Shown here: positions 1 through 9,643 of the stretch, in pieces | Position numbering within the stretch: position 1 is the stretch's first letter | How the letters are laid out: every line of letters starts with the position of its first letter | From: Verrucomicrobiia bacterium | Lineage (GTDB): Bacteria > Chloroflexota > Dormibacteria > Aeolococcales > Bog-877 | DNA: 64,000 nt | Assembly: GCA_035532155.1 (NCBI GenBank) | Contig: DATKRN010000022.1 | Span: 8,078 to 72,077 of the forward strand | Direction: 5' to 3' | The notes under the pieces: model-generated | Told to the model about the DNA's origin: nothing | Database searches by the model: none | Seen by the model: the letters and a program-made list of their open reading frames with translations, nothing else | Program-made: the position numbers and the translations under genes

Positions 1-3000
1 CGCGGCCGACGCTGCCCACCCCGGCGCACACCGACCGACGCGAGCAGCCGTGGTCGGGATCGAGGCAGGTCCAGTGGGCGTGGCGGGGCTGTGCCGGGAA
101 GCGGCCGGAGGCGATCCGGCGGCCCTCCTGCTCGAACCGGTCGACGAAGCTCCCGAGCGCGGCCGCGGGGAGCTCGCGCAGCTCGTCCGCCTCGTGCGGG
201 GGCAGCGGCCGGTCCCCGTCGATCCGCAGCCCGCGACGGTCGAGCGGACGGTCGGGCCATCGCACCGAGGCGGGAGAGTGCCCCACATACCAGGTGCGGG
301 CGAGCGCGGGAACGATGGCCGGGAGCGGAGTCACCGCCCCCCGGGCGAGCGCCAGAGCGTAGACCGGCAGCTGCCAGTCGGAGGGGCCCTCCTGGTCGCT
401 GCCGTGGATCGCCGCCAGGATCGCCCCGCGGGCGGGGACTGCACGGGCGGTCTTGTAGTCGAGCACCTCGACCGCGCCCTCGTCGAGGGAGCGGACCCGG
501 TCGATCCGCCCCCGCAGCTCCAGCCCCTCCAGCGCCAGGCGAAAGTCAAGCTCCACCCCGAGCGTCTCCCCCACGCCGCCCCCGACCGCGACCCAGTGGC
601 GGGCGTAGCGGTCGACCAGCCGGCGCAACCACGCCTCGGCCGCCCGCAGCTCCAGTCGCCCGGGGATCTCGGGAGCCAGCCAGGGGAGGATGTGTCGCTC
701 CAGACACTCGTCGGCCGCGGCGCGAAAGCGGTCGGGATCAGCCCGCCAGCTGGCCTCGACCCGGTGGAGCTGCTCCAGCAGCCGGTGGGCGGCCTCGCCG
801 CGCAGCTGGGCCGGGGTGGGCGGGCCGGGGCGGACGACGCGGTGGTAGTAGAGGCGCCGGGGACACGCGAGCCATTCGTTGAGAGCGGTGGTGGAGAGCT
901 GGAGCGGTGCCGACCCGACCGCCGGGGCGCCCTCCACGGGGTCGAACTCCGGCAGCGTGGCCAGCAGGCGGCCGAGGTCCAGCTGCGGCAGGGCGACCGC
1001 CTCGGGCCGGAGCGCCGGGCGGGCGGTCACGGCCGCGGCGAGCGCCGCCGCGAGGTCACTGCGCGTGAGGTCCGGGAGCGCGGGAACAGCCCGCTCGACC
1101 ACCCCGGCCGCTCGCAGAGGCCGGAGCAGGGACGAGGGCTGCGCCACCCGCCCGTCGTACCGCTCGGCGTAGGTGCAGGTGACAGCCTGGGTGGCCCGCG
1201 TGAGCGCCACCACCAGGTGGCGGGCCTCCTCCTCCCCCTGGCGGTCGACCTCCAAGATGGTGTCCTGCAGCTCGGGCACCCGCTCCAACAAGAGCGCCAG
1301 CTCGTCGGGGGCGAGCAGACCCAGGGGGCGGGCCCTGGCCGGGAAGATCCCGACGGCACAGCCCGCCACGAAGACCCGCGCAAAGGCGAGCCCGCGGGCC
1401 TGGCGGATGGTGAGCAGGTGGACCGCATCGCGATCGGGATCGGGCTCGTCGTCCTCCTCGACGGCGCGTTGCAGCGCCACCTCTAGGAGGTCGAGGGCCA
1501 CCTCGAGCGTCGGCGGCCGCCCCCGCAGGCGCGCCTCGACATCGGTGATCGCGCGCAGCGCCGCGGTCACCCCCCGGAGCACCGCGGCCAGCACCGGATC
1601 GGCCGGGGCGGCGGCAAAGAGCCCGGTCGCCGCCGCCACCTGGCCCACCCAGATCAGCAGTCTGTGGGGATCCACAGGACCGGGACTGAGAGCCGTTGCA
1701 GCCGCCTGGGCCCGCGCCAGCCGGCGCGCGAGCCGGCGCAGCTCGGCCCGCAGCGTCCCGTCCGCCTCCCTCCCCTCGCGCTGGACGGATTGCGCCTGCG
1801 CCTCGGCGAGCTCCACCCGCACGGTGCGGAGCAGGTCGGAGCCGTGGGCGCCGCTGCGCCGCCGCAGCCAGCGCCGGGCCGCTGGCGACAGCCCGCCCCA
1901 AGCGGCCTCCAGCAGGGTGGCGACGCGCTGCGGGTCGGCGGGTGCGGCGGACCAGCGCAGCCAGGCGCGCAGGGACCCCAGGGCGGGGTGGCGACTCCAG
2001 CCCAACCGTCCGGCACCGCACGGGACCCCGGTCAGGGCGAGGGCCTCCACGAAGACCGGCCCGAGCGGGGAGACTCCGCGCAGCAGGATCGCCACGTCGG
2101 CATAGCGCCCCGACCCCTGAAGCACCCAGGCCTTGATGGCACGCGCCACCCCGAGCGCTTCGGCGGACTCGTCCTCGGCCCGCCAGATCTCCACCGCCGG
2201 CCCGACCCCGGGGAGCGCGCTCCCGGCCGGGGAGGCCGGCTCCCCGGCGGCTCGCGACAGGGCGATCGGGTCGAGCGCCGCCGCCGCCGCCAGCACCGCC
2301 GGAGGCCGGCGCCGCGACTCCGGCAGGACCCAGTCCGCGACCGCCAGCGAAAGGGGCAGCTCCTCCTCGAACCAGCGAGCGCTGCCACCCCCCGCGCCGC
2401 CGAGCGCCTGGCGGGGATCTCCCGCCACCGCCAGCCGCCCCGGCGGGGGCAGCCCGAGGGCGAGTGCGCGCACGAGATGGAACTGAGCCGGACCCCAGTC
2501 CTGGGCATCGTCGATGAGGGCCGCGTCGAAGCGGGCGGCGACCCGCGACGGATCCTCCAGCAGATGCTCGGCGGCCAGCGCCACCGCGCCGTCGAGGTCG
2601 ATGGCGCGGGCGGACTCGAGCACGTCCTGGCTGCGGGCGGCGATCACCGCGAGCTCCGCCAGCGCCACCGGCGCCCCGTGGAGCCGCGCCGCCAGGAGGC
2701 CGGGGCCGACCAGAGCCTGCCGGAGCGCCGCCACCGCCCGGCTGGCGTCCTCGATGCAGGCGGCGTCGGCGTGGAGGGGCGCGAGGCGGGGAAGCTGGCG
2801 GCGCGCCCGCTCCAGGGTCGCGCGCGCCGCCAGCCAGGTGCCGAACCCGGTGAGCACCTGCGGCCCCGGCCCGGCATCCTCGCGCGACCCGATCACCCAG
2901 CGGGCCAGATCGCCAAGGGTCCAGACGACCGCGAGCGGCTCGGCTCCCGGAGCGGACCGAGTCAGCCTCCGGCTAACATCGGCCCGAGCCCGGCTCGAGT

Positions 3001-3151
3001 CGACCACCACCAGAATGCGGGCGGGGTCCGTGCCCCCGGCAACGAGATCCCGGTGGAGGCGAGCGAGCAGATCGGTCTTGCCGGCAGCGGGACCGCCGAG
3101 GATCCGCACCGGGCCCCGCAGCGGTGGCGGCGGCGCGTCGGTCTCGATCAC
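1..3151 (-). CDS. UvrD-like helicase fused to a RecB/Cas4-type PD-(D/E)XK nuclease (AddA/AdnB-like). Partial: the C-terminus runs off the window start.
   Basis: The minus-strand frame is open from 3151 to the window edge, so it is absent from the ORF track. The N-terminus reads VRILGGPAAGKTDLL (Walker A) by reverse-complementing ~3060-3151. The nuclease motif ...GRIDRV...EVLDYKTAR... is read directly at ~440-520, followed by a Cys-rich tail (C-x6-C-x5-C) typical of Fe-S nuclease domains. The GTG start overlaps the TGA stop of the upstream TetR gene (GTGA). Confidence 0.6.
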   Translation of the reverse strand, partial: MIETDAPPPPLRGPVRILGGPAAGKTDLLARLHRDLVAGGTDPARILVVVDSSRARADVSRRLTRSAPGAEPLAVVWTLGDLARWVIGSREDAGPGPQVLTGFGTWLAARATLERARRQLPRLAPLHADAACIEDASRAVAALRQALVGPGLLAARLHGAPVALAELAVIAARSQDVLESARAIDLDGAVALAAEHLLEDPSRVAARFDAALIDDAQDWGPAQFHLVRALALGLPPPGRLAVAGDPRQALGGAGGGSARWFEEELPLSLAVADWVLPESRRRPPAVLAAAAALDPIALSRAAGEPASPAGSALPGVGPAVEIWRAEDESAEALGVARAIKAWVLQGSGRYADVAILLRGVSPLGPVFVEALALTGVPCGAGRLGWSRHPALGSLRAWLRWSAAPADPQRVATLLEAAWGGLSPAARRWLRRRSGAHGSDLLRTVRVELAEAQAQSVQREGREADGTLRAELRRLARRLARAQAAATALSPGPVDPHRLLIWVGQVAAATGLFAAAPADPVLAAVLRGVTAALRAITDVEARLRGRPPTLEVALDLLEVALQRAVEEDDEPDPDRDAVHLLTIRQARGLAFARVFVAGCAVGIFPARARPLGLLAPDELALLLERVPELQDTILEVDRQGEEEARHLVVALTRATQAVTCTYAERYDGRVAQPSSLLRPLRAAGVVERAVPALPDLTRSDLAAALAAAVTARPALRPEAVALPQLDLGRLLATLPEFDPVEGAPAVGSAPLQLSTTALNEWLACPRRLYYHRVVRPGPPTPAQLRGEAAHRLLEQLHRVEASWRADPDRFRAAADECLERHILPWLAPEIPGRLELRAAEAWLRRLVDRYARHWVAVGGGVGETLGVELDFRLALEGLELRGRIDRVRSLDEGAVEVLDYKTARAVPARGAILAAIHGSDQEGPSDWQLPVYALALARGAVTPLPAIVPALARTWYVGHSPASVRWPDRPLDRRGLRIDGDRPLPPHEADELRELPAAALGSFVDRFEQEGRRIASGRFPAQPRHAHWTCLDPDHGCSRRSVCAGVGSVGR

Positions 3152-3888
3152 GGCCGCGGGCTGACGCCCTCCGGTACGGATCGTGGAGGCCGGCGGTCCG
3201 CTGGTTCCGGGGAGGTCGCGGCCAGCGCCCGCAGCGGCTCGAGCCGGACGAACCGGCTGAGCTCGCCGGCCAGGGTCGGCAGGTCGCACTCAGGGTGCAG
3301 CCGCATCGCCACCCCCTCCACCAGAGCGCAGAGGGCATCCCCGGCCCACTCCGGCATCCCCTCCACCGATCCCACCGACGCCGCCAGGCAGGCGGCGCCG
3401 ACGCCGTGCCGAGCGGCGTCGATGCGCTCGGTGACGGAGAGGTCGGTGCCATCGACGGCCCGGAACAGCAGCCGAAACGCGACCGGGTGGCCGCGGGCGA
3501 AGTCGAGATAGACCATGAACTGGTGGGCGAGCCCGGCCGATCCCTCCCCCGGCGCCGCCACCCCGAGGCGATCGAGCAGCAGCCGGCAGTGCTGCTCGAC
3601 CACCGCCATCAGGGCGGCCCGCTTGTTGGGGAAGTACTGGTAGATGAGCGGCTTGCTCACCCCCGCGGTGGCGGCGATCGAGTCCATCGTGGTGGCGACC
3701 ACGCCATCGCGTGCGAACGCGATCAGGGCCGAGTCGATGATCTGGGCGCGGCGATCGTCCCGGCTGAGTCGCAGCGCCCGCGACCGTGCCGGCGTGGCCC
3801 GCGATCCGCGCAGGCGCCGCGTGACTCGCCCGATGGTCTCGACGGCCGGCACCGCCGGCCAGCGCGACACCGGCAGCTCGCCTCCCAT
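3148..3888 (-). CDS. TetR/AcrR family transcriptional regulator
   Basis: Six-frame ORF with the N-terminal HTH signature ...ALIAFARDGVVATTMDSIAATAGVSKPLIYQYFPNKRAAL. The start codon is uncertain (possibly internal). Its stop overlaps the downstream helicase-nuclease start. Confidence 0.8.
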   Translation of the reverse strand: MGGELPVSRWPAVPAVETIGRVTRRLRGSRATPARSRALRLSRDDRRAQIIDSALIAFARDGVVATTMDSIAATAGVSKPLIYQYFPNKRAALMAVVEQHCRLLLDRLGVAAPGEGSAGLAHQFMVYLDFARGHPVAFRLLFRAVDGTDLSVTERIDAARHGVGAACLAASVGSVEGMPEWAGDALCALVEGVAMRLHPECDLPTLAGELSRFVRLEPLRALAATSPEPADRRPPRSVPEGVSPRP

Positions 3889-3918
3889 CCTGGGCCGAGA
3901 TCATACAAGGACGCCGAC

Positions 3919-3934
3919 GTGGCCCGCCGGCCAC
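3919..3934. promoter_or_regulatory. Inverted repeat GTGGCC-N4-GGCCAC in the divergent TetR/SBP intergenic region. Candidate TetR operator.
   Basis: Read directly in the 110-bp intergenic region between the divergent starts at 3888 and 3999. Confidence 0.3.
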
Positions 3935-3998
3935 CTGCGTGGCGCCCTGATATCCTGTCGAGACCCTGTCGGGATGGGGCGGGGAGGAGGGTCGCGAC

Positions 3999-5820
3999 CG
4001 TGAGTCGACCAGGACTGCGACGGGCCACGGGAGCGGCCGCGGTGGTGGCGGGGGCGCTGGTCCTCAGTGCCACCATGGGAGTCGCCGCCGGTGCCCGCGA
4101 GGGGATCTCCGCGCGAGCGACCGGGGGCACCGTTCGCTTCGCCCTGCCGCCGGCGGTGACCCCGACCTACATCTACCCGCTCTACCCCTTCGCCGACTAC
4201 ACGTATGCCAATCAGAGCTTCTTCGAAGCGCTGATGTACCGGCCGCTGTACGCGTTCGGCGACAACGGCTCGCCCCTGCTCAACCGGAGCGCGAGTCTGG
4301 CCGATCCCCCCTCGTTCTCCAACGGCGGCCGCACCGTCACGATCACGCTGAAGCCGTACCGCTGGTCGGACGGGCGTCCGCTGACCTCGCGGGACGTCGA
4401 ATTCTGGGAGAACCTGGTGGTGGCCAACAAGGCCGACTTCGGCCCCTATGTGCCCCACAACTATCCCGACAACGTGGTCTCCGCCACCTACCCGGCCCCG
4501 AACCGCTTCACCCTCACCTTCAATCGCGCCTACAACCACTTCTGGCTCCTCTACAACGAGCTCAGCCAGATAACGCCGATGCCCCAGCACGTCTGGGACC
4601 GGGTCAGCCTGACTGGGCCGGCCGGCAACCTGGACCAGACTCACGCCGGGGCGGTGGCGGTGAACCGGTTCCTGACCCGTCAGGCGAGTCAGCTCGACTC
4701 GTATGGCCGCAACCCGCTCTGGCGGGTGGTGGACGGCCCCTGGCGACTCAGCGCCTACACGCCAGCCACCGGCTTCTCGGTGTTCACCCCCAACCCGGCC
4801 TACTCCGGTCCTGACCGGCCCCGGATCCGCCGCTTCGAGGAGGTGCCCTTCACCAGCGACGCGGCGGAGTTCAACGCCCTGCGCGCCGGCACCATCGACT
4901 ACGGCTACCTACCCCTATTCGATCTCAGCCAGCGGAGCTACTTCGAGCACCACGGATACCGGGTGTCGGCCTGGCCGCTGTGGGCGTTCGACAACCTCAC
5001 CCTCAACTTCGGCAATCCCCGGCTGCGGCCGATCCTGGGCCAGCTCTATGTCCGCCAGGCGCTGCAGCACCTGGTCGATCAGCCCAGCTACATCCGCCAC
5101 ATCTTCCACGGCTATGCGGTGCCCACCTACGGGCCAGTGCCGCAGCAGCCGGTCACCCCCTTCGTCAGCCCGCAGGAGCGCCGCAACCCTTACCCCTTCA
5201 GCATCGCCGCCGCCCGAGCCCAGCTGGCCGCCCATGGCTGGCGGGTGGTTCCCGACGGGCGCTCGGTCTGCCAGCGGGCCGGCACGGGACGTCAGCAGTG
5301 CGGCGCTGGGATCGCGGCCGGCACCGCGCTCAGCCTCAACTTCGAATACCCCAGCGGGAGCGTCGCCGCCACCCAGGAGGCGCAGGCCTACAAGTCGGCG
5401 GCCGCGGCCGCCGGGATCCAGGTCCAGCTCGCCTCGCTGCCGCTCAACACCATCAACTCGCAGGGCGACTACTGCCCCGGGGCGGGATGCAAGTACGCGC
5501 TGCTCAGCTACGGCCTGGTGGGCTGGGACTACGGCCCCGACTACTACCCAACCGGGGGCGAGATCATCGGCACCGGCGCCAGCGGCAACAGCGGCGCCTA
5601 CAGCGACCCCATCAACGACCGCAACATCGCCGCCACCCATGTCGAGCCCGGGCTGGGTCCGCTCTACCGCTACCAGAACTATGTCGCGACCCAGCTGCCC
5701 CTCCTGTTCTTCCCCACCCCGGTGTTCCAGGTCTCGGTGATCCGGGACACCCTCCAGGGTGTCGGCCCCCAGTCACCCCTGACCACCATCAGTCCCCAGA
5801 GCTGGTCGCTGAGCGGCTGA
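3999..5820 (+). CDS. ABC transporter substrate-binding protein, family 5 (peptide/oligopeptide-type), secreted
   Basis: This is the C-terminal 607 aa of ORF 3124..5820. A GTG start is preceded by GGGGAGGAGG. An RR-containing signal-like N-terminus is followed by family-5 SBP-like sequence. No permease or ATPase genes are adjacent (orphan). Confidence 0.75.
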
Positions 5821-5821
5821 G

Positions 5822-5837
5822 CCCCGGCGCCCCGGGG
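5822..5837. terminator. GC-rich hairpin (CCCCGG-cgc-CCGGGG) between convergent genes. Candidate bidirectional terminator.
   Basis: Stem-loop read directly. No U-tract, as is common in high-GC genomes. Confidence 0.25.
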
Positions 5838-5847
5838 AGCGGTCGGC

Positions 5848-6150
5848 TCAGTCGACGCCGCCGGCGACCAACTGGCGCTGCACCACCTCCTGCAGCGCAA
5901 ACACCAGGTCCAGGGCCTGCGCGGTCGAGCCGGACTCGGACGCCAGCGCCCGCTCGGCGGGCAGGATCGCCTCCTGCATCGACGCCAGCAGCTGCCAGCA
6001 GGGGATGGGGCAGCGATCGTGATGGCGCAGGTTCGCGCTCTCCAGCTCCCACAGCAACGAGTCCAGCTGCGCCAGCCAGGCGCGTCCGGTCACCCTCGTC
6101 CCCGCCAGGGAGGGAGCGGCCAGGGTGAGCGGGCGACGCGGAAGGTTCAC
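5848..6150 (-). CDS. Small hypothetical protein (~100 aa), translationally coupled to the upstream DUF1707/LiaF-like gene
   Basis: This is the C-terminal part of ORF 5848..6528. It reads as non-repetitive helical sequence (...LAQLDSLLWELESANLRHH...ALDLVFALQEVVQRQLV). A candidate GTG at 6148-6150 overlaps the TGA of the upstream gene. Confidence 0.35.
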   Translation of the reverse strand: MNLPRRPLTLAAPSLAGTRVTGRAWLAQLDSLLWELESANLRHHDRCPIPCWQLLASMQEAILPAERALASESGSTAQALDLVFALQEVVQRQLVAGGVD

Positions 6151-6881
6151 GTCTCCTCGTCCCCGCCGCCGCGCCAGCGCTGCTGGTGGCGCCACGCCCG
6201 GACCTGATGCCAGGGCGTCGCCTCCCCCGCCCACGATCGCGAAGCCGCCGCAGCAGCCTGCGGGTGCTCCCGCCCGGAGCCAGCCGGCTGCTGGCTGCGC
6301 ACCCTCACCTCCCCCATCAGCGCCAGCGCCCTCACCCGCACCAGCGGGGTCCCGGGGCGCACCGGCACGGGGGCGAGGTGGAGCTGCTTGCCGCCCATGA
6401 TCGCCAGTCCCTGGAGATCGACATCCACCCCCTCGGGCACGACGATGTCGACGCCGCCCATCAGGGCGAGCACGTCGACGACGACCTCGGGAGCGTCGAT
6501 CGTCGCCTGGCGGAGGTCGAGGACACATTCCCCCATCACCGCGGCCACCACGCTGTGCGCGTGGACCCGCCAGCGACCCTGCCGGCTGACCCGCGACATC
6601 ACCGCCAGGGTGAGGTGCACCGCGCGCCGGCGCGACGCGTGACCCGCCCCGGCGAAGACGGCCACCGGCTCGGGATCGGCCGGCAGCCCCTCCAGCACCG
6701 CCGCCAGCTCGGCGTAGCTGCGCGCCGCGTAGGCGGCTCCGGAACGGTCCGCCAACTCGCCGAATGTGAGCCGTCCCTGGGCGCAGGATTCGCGCAGACG
6801 GTCCACCGCCCGCTCGCGGTCGACGTCAGCGACCAGCACGGTCGCCCGGCCCCCGACAGCTCCCGGCGGCTGCGTGGACAT
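6147..6881 (-). CDS. DUF1707 domain protein with a LiaF-like (DUF2154) C-terminal domain. Envelope-stress-associated family.
   Basis: ORF 6147..6881. The N-terminus ...DVDRERAVDRLRESCAQGRLTFGELADR... is DUF1707-like. The central region ...VVAAVMGECVLDLRQATIDAPEVVVDVLALMGGVDIVVPEGV... is LiaF-like. ATG start with a GGGAGGAG RBS. Confidence 0.65.
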   Translation of the reverse strand: MSTQPPGAVGGRATVLVADVDRERAVDRLRESCAQGRLTFGELADRSGAAYAARSYAELAAVLEGLPADPEPVAVFAGAGHASRRRAVHLTLAVMSRVSRQGRWRVHAHSVVAAVMGECVLDLRQATIDAPEVVVDVLALMGGVDIVVPEGVDVDLQGLAIMGGKQLHLAPVPVRPGTPLVRVRALALMGEVRVRSQQPAGSGREHPQAAAAASRSWAGEATPWHQVRAWRHQQRWRGGGDEET

Positions 6882-7034
6882 CGACCGCTCCTCCCTGTCG
6901 ATGCACGGCGGACGAGGGTCCCGACGGTGGGCGCGAGCCCGGTGCGCCCGCGGCGGGTGGCAGGATTATAGGCGCACCGTCCCCCGTCTCCGTGCGCTCG
7001 TGACACGCGCGCGCGGACCGGGCGCCGGCCCGCT

Positions 7035-8200
7035 TCAGTCCCCGGCGAGTCCCCCGCAACCGTGGTAGCCGGGGTCGTCGATCGTCTCCGCCCGGCGCGC
7101 CAGGCACAGCGGTCGGACGGTGTCGCACATCACCGCCAGCTCGTCGGGTGCGGTGCGCCCGAGCGCGGCCTCCCGCAGTCCCGGCTGCGGCCCGTGGGCC
7201 AGCCGGGAGGAATGCAGGGTGATCGATCCCGGCGCCACACCGCGGCGGGAGCCGACGCTCCCCGCGACGTAGTAGAGGACGTCTTCGGAATTGAGGTTGG
7301 CGGGGTCGTAGGGAATCGGGACCGCGAGCGCCTCCCAGTCCAGCCGGCGCGAACCGCAGGAGCAGCGGACAAAGCCGCGGCCCTCGACGGTCTGGTGGGC
7401 GGGCGGTGGCACGTGAACGCGGCCGGCCACCAGCTCGAAATCAGCAATGTTGAGGGTCAACGGGTACAGCGACCCGTCCCAGCCGACGACATCGAAGGGA
7501 TGATGACGGAGCCGGGAGGACTGCAGGCCGCCGCGGATGCGCACGCGCAGGTGTGCTCGCCCTCCTCGCCGTCGGTGGGCAGCGGCGTCGGCGGGTGGCA
7601 ATCGCGATGGTAGGAGGGCGCCCCTCGAGCAGCTGGCCCGAGGGAGTGCGGTAGCGCCGCGGGATCGTGATCACGCCGGGGCTGGTCAACTCAACGTGGA
7701 GCTGCGGGCCCTCAGGTTGGAAGCGGTCGGTCGTCCCCCGCGGGATCACGCGGTAGTCGCCGCCGCCGTAGGCGAGGTCGCCGAAGACGGTGGCGAGCAC
7801 CCCCTCTCACCGATGCACGAACACCACCTCGTCACCCTCGCTATTGCGGTAGCACCACGGCATCGGCTCCATGCAGTGGCGCAGCGCCACCTCGACGTCG
7901 TCGTTCCGGACCCGGGTGCGCGGCCGCCGCACCGGGTCCGCCTGGGCGCCAGCACGCCGGTGCGCAGGGGGTGATGGAGGTGACGGAGAGGGACCCACTC
8001 GTCATGCGCGGTCGGCTCCCAGTCCTGGCTAGCCGTGTAGCCGAGGGGCGGACTCGGGCGGGAGAGGGTCGACTCATCGCCGCTGACCCCCTCCAGCCCA
8101 TCACCTCCGCGCAGAGCAGGCGCCCCTCCCAGCGGAGCTGGGTGGGGCGCTGGGCGGGGAGCTCGCCCCGCTGCTGGTACACGGGCATCCGAACCGTGCC
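7035..8200 (-). pseudogene. hmgA: Homogentisate 1,2-dioxygenase (hmgA) remnant. N-terminally truncated, with an in-frame TGA and at least one frameshift.
   Basis: HGO-like segments lie in three frames. ORF 7807..7998 reads ...EPMPWCYRNSEGDEVVFVH-R-stop. ORF 7441..7800 reads ...LATVFGDLAYGGGDYRVIPRGTT...RYRTPSGQLLEG. ORF 7035..7601 reads ...HHPFDVVGWDGSLYPLTLNIADFE...GSITLH...HGPQPG...DELAVM. The TGA at 7807-7809 lies in the same frame between the first two segments. A frameshift occurs around 7540-7610. There is too little room for a full N-terminus before the FAH gene. Confidence 0.6.
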
Positions 8201-8204
8201 GCCC

Positions 8205-9052
8205 AAGGGGCCGGGATCCCGTCCTGGGATTCCAGCCGGCTCCGGGAGCGCGATCGCGGGCGCACCCGCTGCCGCAGGTGCCGGTGGCGAGGACATCGCC
8301 GCAGACGGCCCGGCTGCCCCGGCTGGCCTGGGCCAGCATCTCCCCGCAGCTCCAGGGGAGGTCGGCCAGCCAAGCCCTCGACGGCGGCCGGCCGGAGACC
8401 GTGGCGGTCATCTCCAGCTCGCAGCCCCCGCCCCGGCGGCGGTCATGGAGCTCGTCGGGCGTCACCCGGTAGGGGCCGAGGCTGGTGGCGAAGTCGTTGG
8501 CCGTGACCGCTCCCAGCCCGACCGGTCGCTCTGCCCGCTGCAGGTCGCGCGCGCTCCAGTCGTTGCAGATGCAGAGGCCGGCCAGGTGCCGCTCGGCCCG
8601 GTCGGGGCTGAGGTCGTGCCCCTCCCGCCCGACCACCGCGGCCATCTCCAGCTCGAAGTCGAGCTCGCGGCAGCCGGGCGGCGCCGTCACCGGGGTCCCG
8701 TCGCCCACCACCACGTGGGGAGTGCTGACGTAGAAGCCGGGTCCCGGTACCACGCGGGTTCGACCACCAGGCCGCGCGCCCCCCACCTGGTGAGCACCTG
8801 CGCCTCGAAGGCGTAGCAGTCACGCAGCGCCGGGGGGCGCGGGACCGGCGCCAGCCGCACCACCTCGGCCAGCGCAACCACCTCGCCGGGGTCGCGACCG
8901 GCCCGCTCGCCGGCCGCCGCCAGCCGCTCTTCGTGATCACCCAGCAGGTCAACCAGGCCAGGGCTCGCCTCCCATCCCTGCAGGCGGTCATTCAGCACCA
9001 GCCGGACCCTCTCGTCGGCCGAATCGAGAGGACGGGAGGTGGCCCAGCGCAC
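8205..9052 (-). pseudogene. Fumarylacetoacetate-hydrolase (FAH) family protein, split by a 1-nt frameshift in a G/C run
   Basis: The N-terminal fragment is ORF 8687..9052 (...ALRDCYAFEAQVLTRWGARGLVVEPAWYR then out of frame). The remainder lies in ORF 7746..8786 (...VVPGPGFYVSTPHVVVGDG...LDFELEMAAVVGREG...NDWSARDLQ...GDVLATGT). The junction is at ccgggtcccgg (~8743-8753). The exact C-terminal end is unclear. Confidence 0.45.
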
Positions 9053-9189
9053 CGCGACTCAGCTGCTCGTCAGCCGGGGCGGGCCGCCCCGGGGACTTCA
9101 CCGGCGGCCAGAGCCCAGTCCAGACCGGCCCATCTCACCGGTGTAGGAGGGGGCGCAGCGCCGCCCCCCGCGTCCCCTACGATGCCCGG

Positions 9190-9627
9190 ATGAGTTCCGA
9201 CCCACCCCCCAGCGCCGGTCTCCCCGAGTTCGCTCCCGGACCGCTCTCGCTGGGGTTCGACCAGCTGCTCGGGTCCGAGATCATCGAGGCCGGTCCGGGA
9301 CGCGTCCACCTGCGGCTGGTGCTGACGCCAGCCCACCACCAGCCGTTCGGGATCGTGCACGGGGGCGTGCACGCCGCCCTCGCCGAGAGCGCGGCCTCGA
9401 TCGCGGCCAGCTTGAATGCGGGGCGGATCGCGGTCGGCATCAGCAACCACACGAGCTTTTTGCGCGCCGTTCGCGACGGGGTCCTGGACGCCGTCGCCAC
9501 CCCGGTCCACACCGGGCGGCGGGTCCAGCTGTGGGAGGTCGCCATCCACCGTGGCGAGGAGCTCGTCGCCAGTAGCAGGGTGCAGCTGTTCGTGCTGGGG
9601 GACCCGGGCCAGCCCGGCAGCGCCTGA
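9190..9627 (+). CDS. PaaI/4HBT family hotdog-fold thioesterase
   Basis: ORF with ...PFGIVHGGVHAALAESAASIAAS..., characteristic of PaaI-type thioesterases. Confidence 0.75.
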   Translation: MSSDPPPSAGLPEFAPGPLSLGFDQLLGSEIIEAGPGRVHLRLVLTPAHHQPFGIVHGGVHAALAESAASIAASLNAGRIAVGISNHTSFLRAVRDGVLDAVATPVHTGRRVQLWEVAIHRGEELVASSRVQLFVLGDPGQPGSA

Positions 9628-9643
9628 GCACCCCGGCCCCCGC

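Noticed and set aside
50-3511. Long plus-strand ORFs (50..1486, 91..882, 1173..2105, 1664..3511, 2514..3164) with Arg/Ala/Pro/Gly-rich translations
   Set aside because: They are antisense to the helicase-nuclease gene. Their low-complexity composition is typical of open frames in ~70% GC DNA, and no motifs were recognised.
7807-7809. In-frame TGA inside hmgA as selenocysteine or a reassigned codon
   Set aside because: HGO is not a selenoprotein. All other genes here terminate normally at TGA, so there is no sign of codon reassignment. The gene also has a frameshift and a truncation, so a nonsense mutation is the simpler reading.
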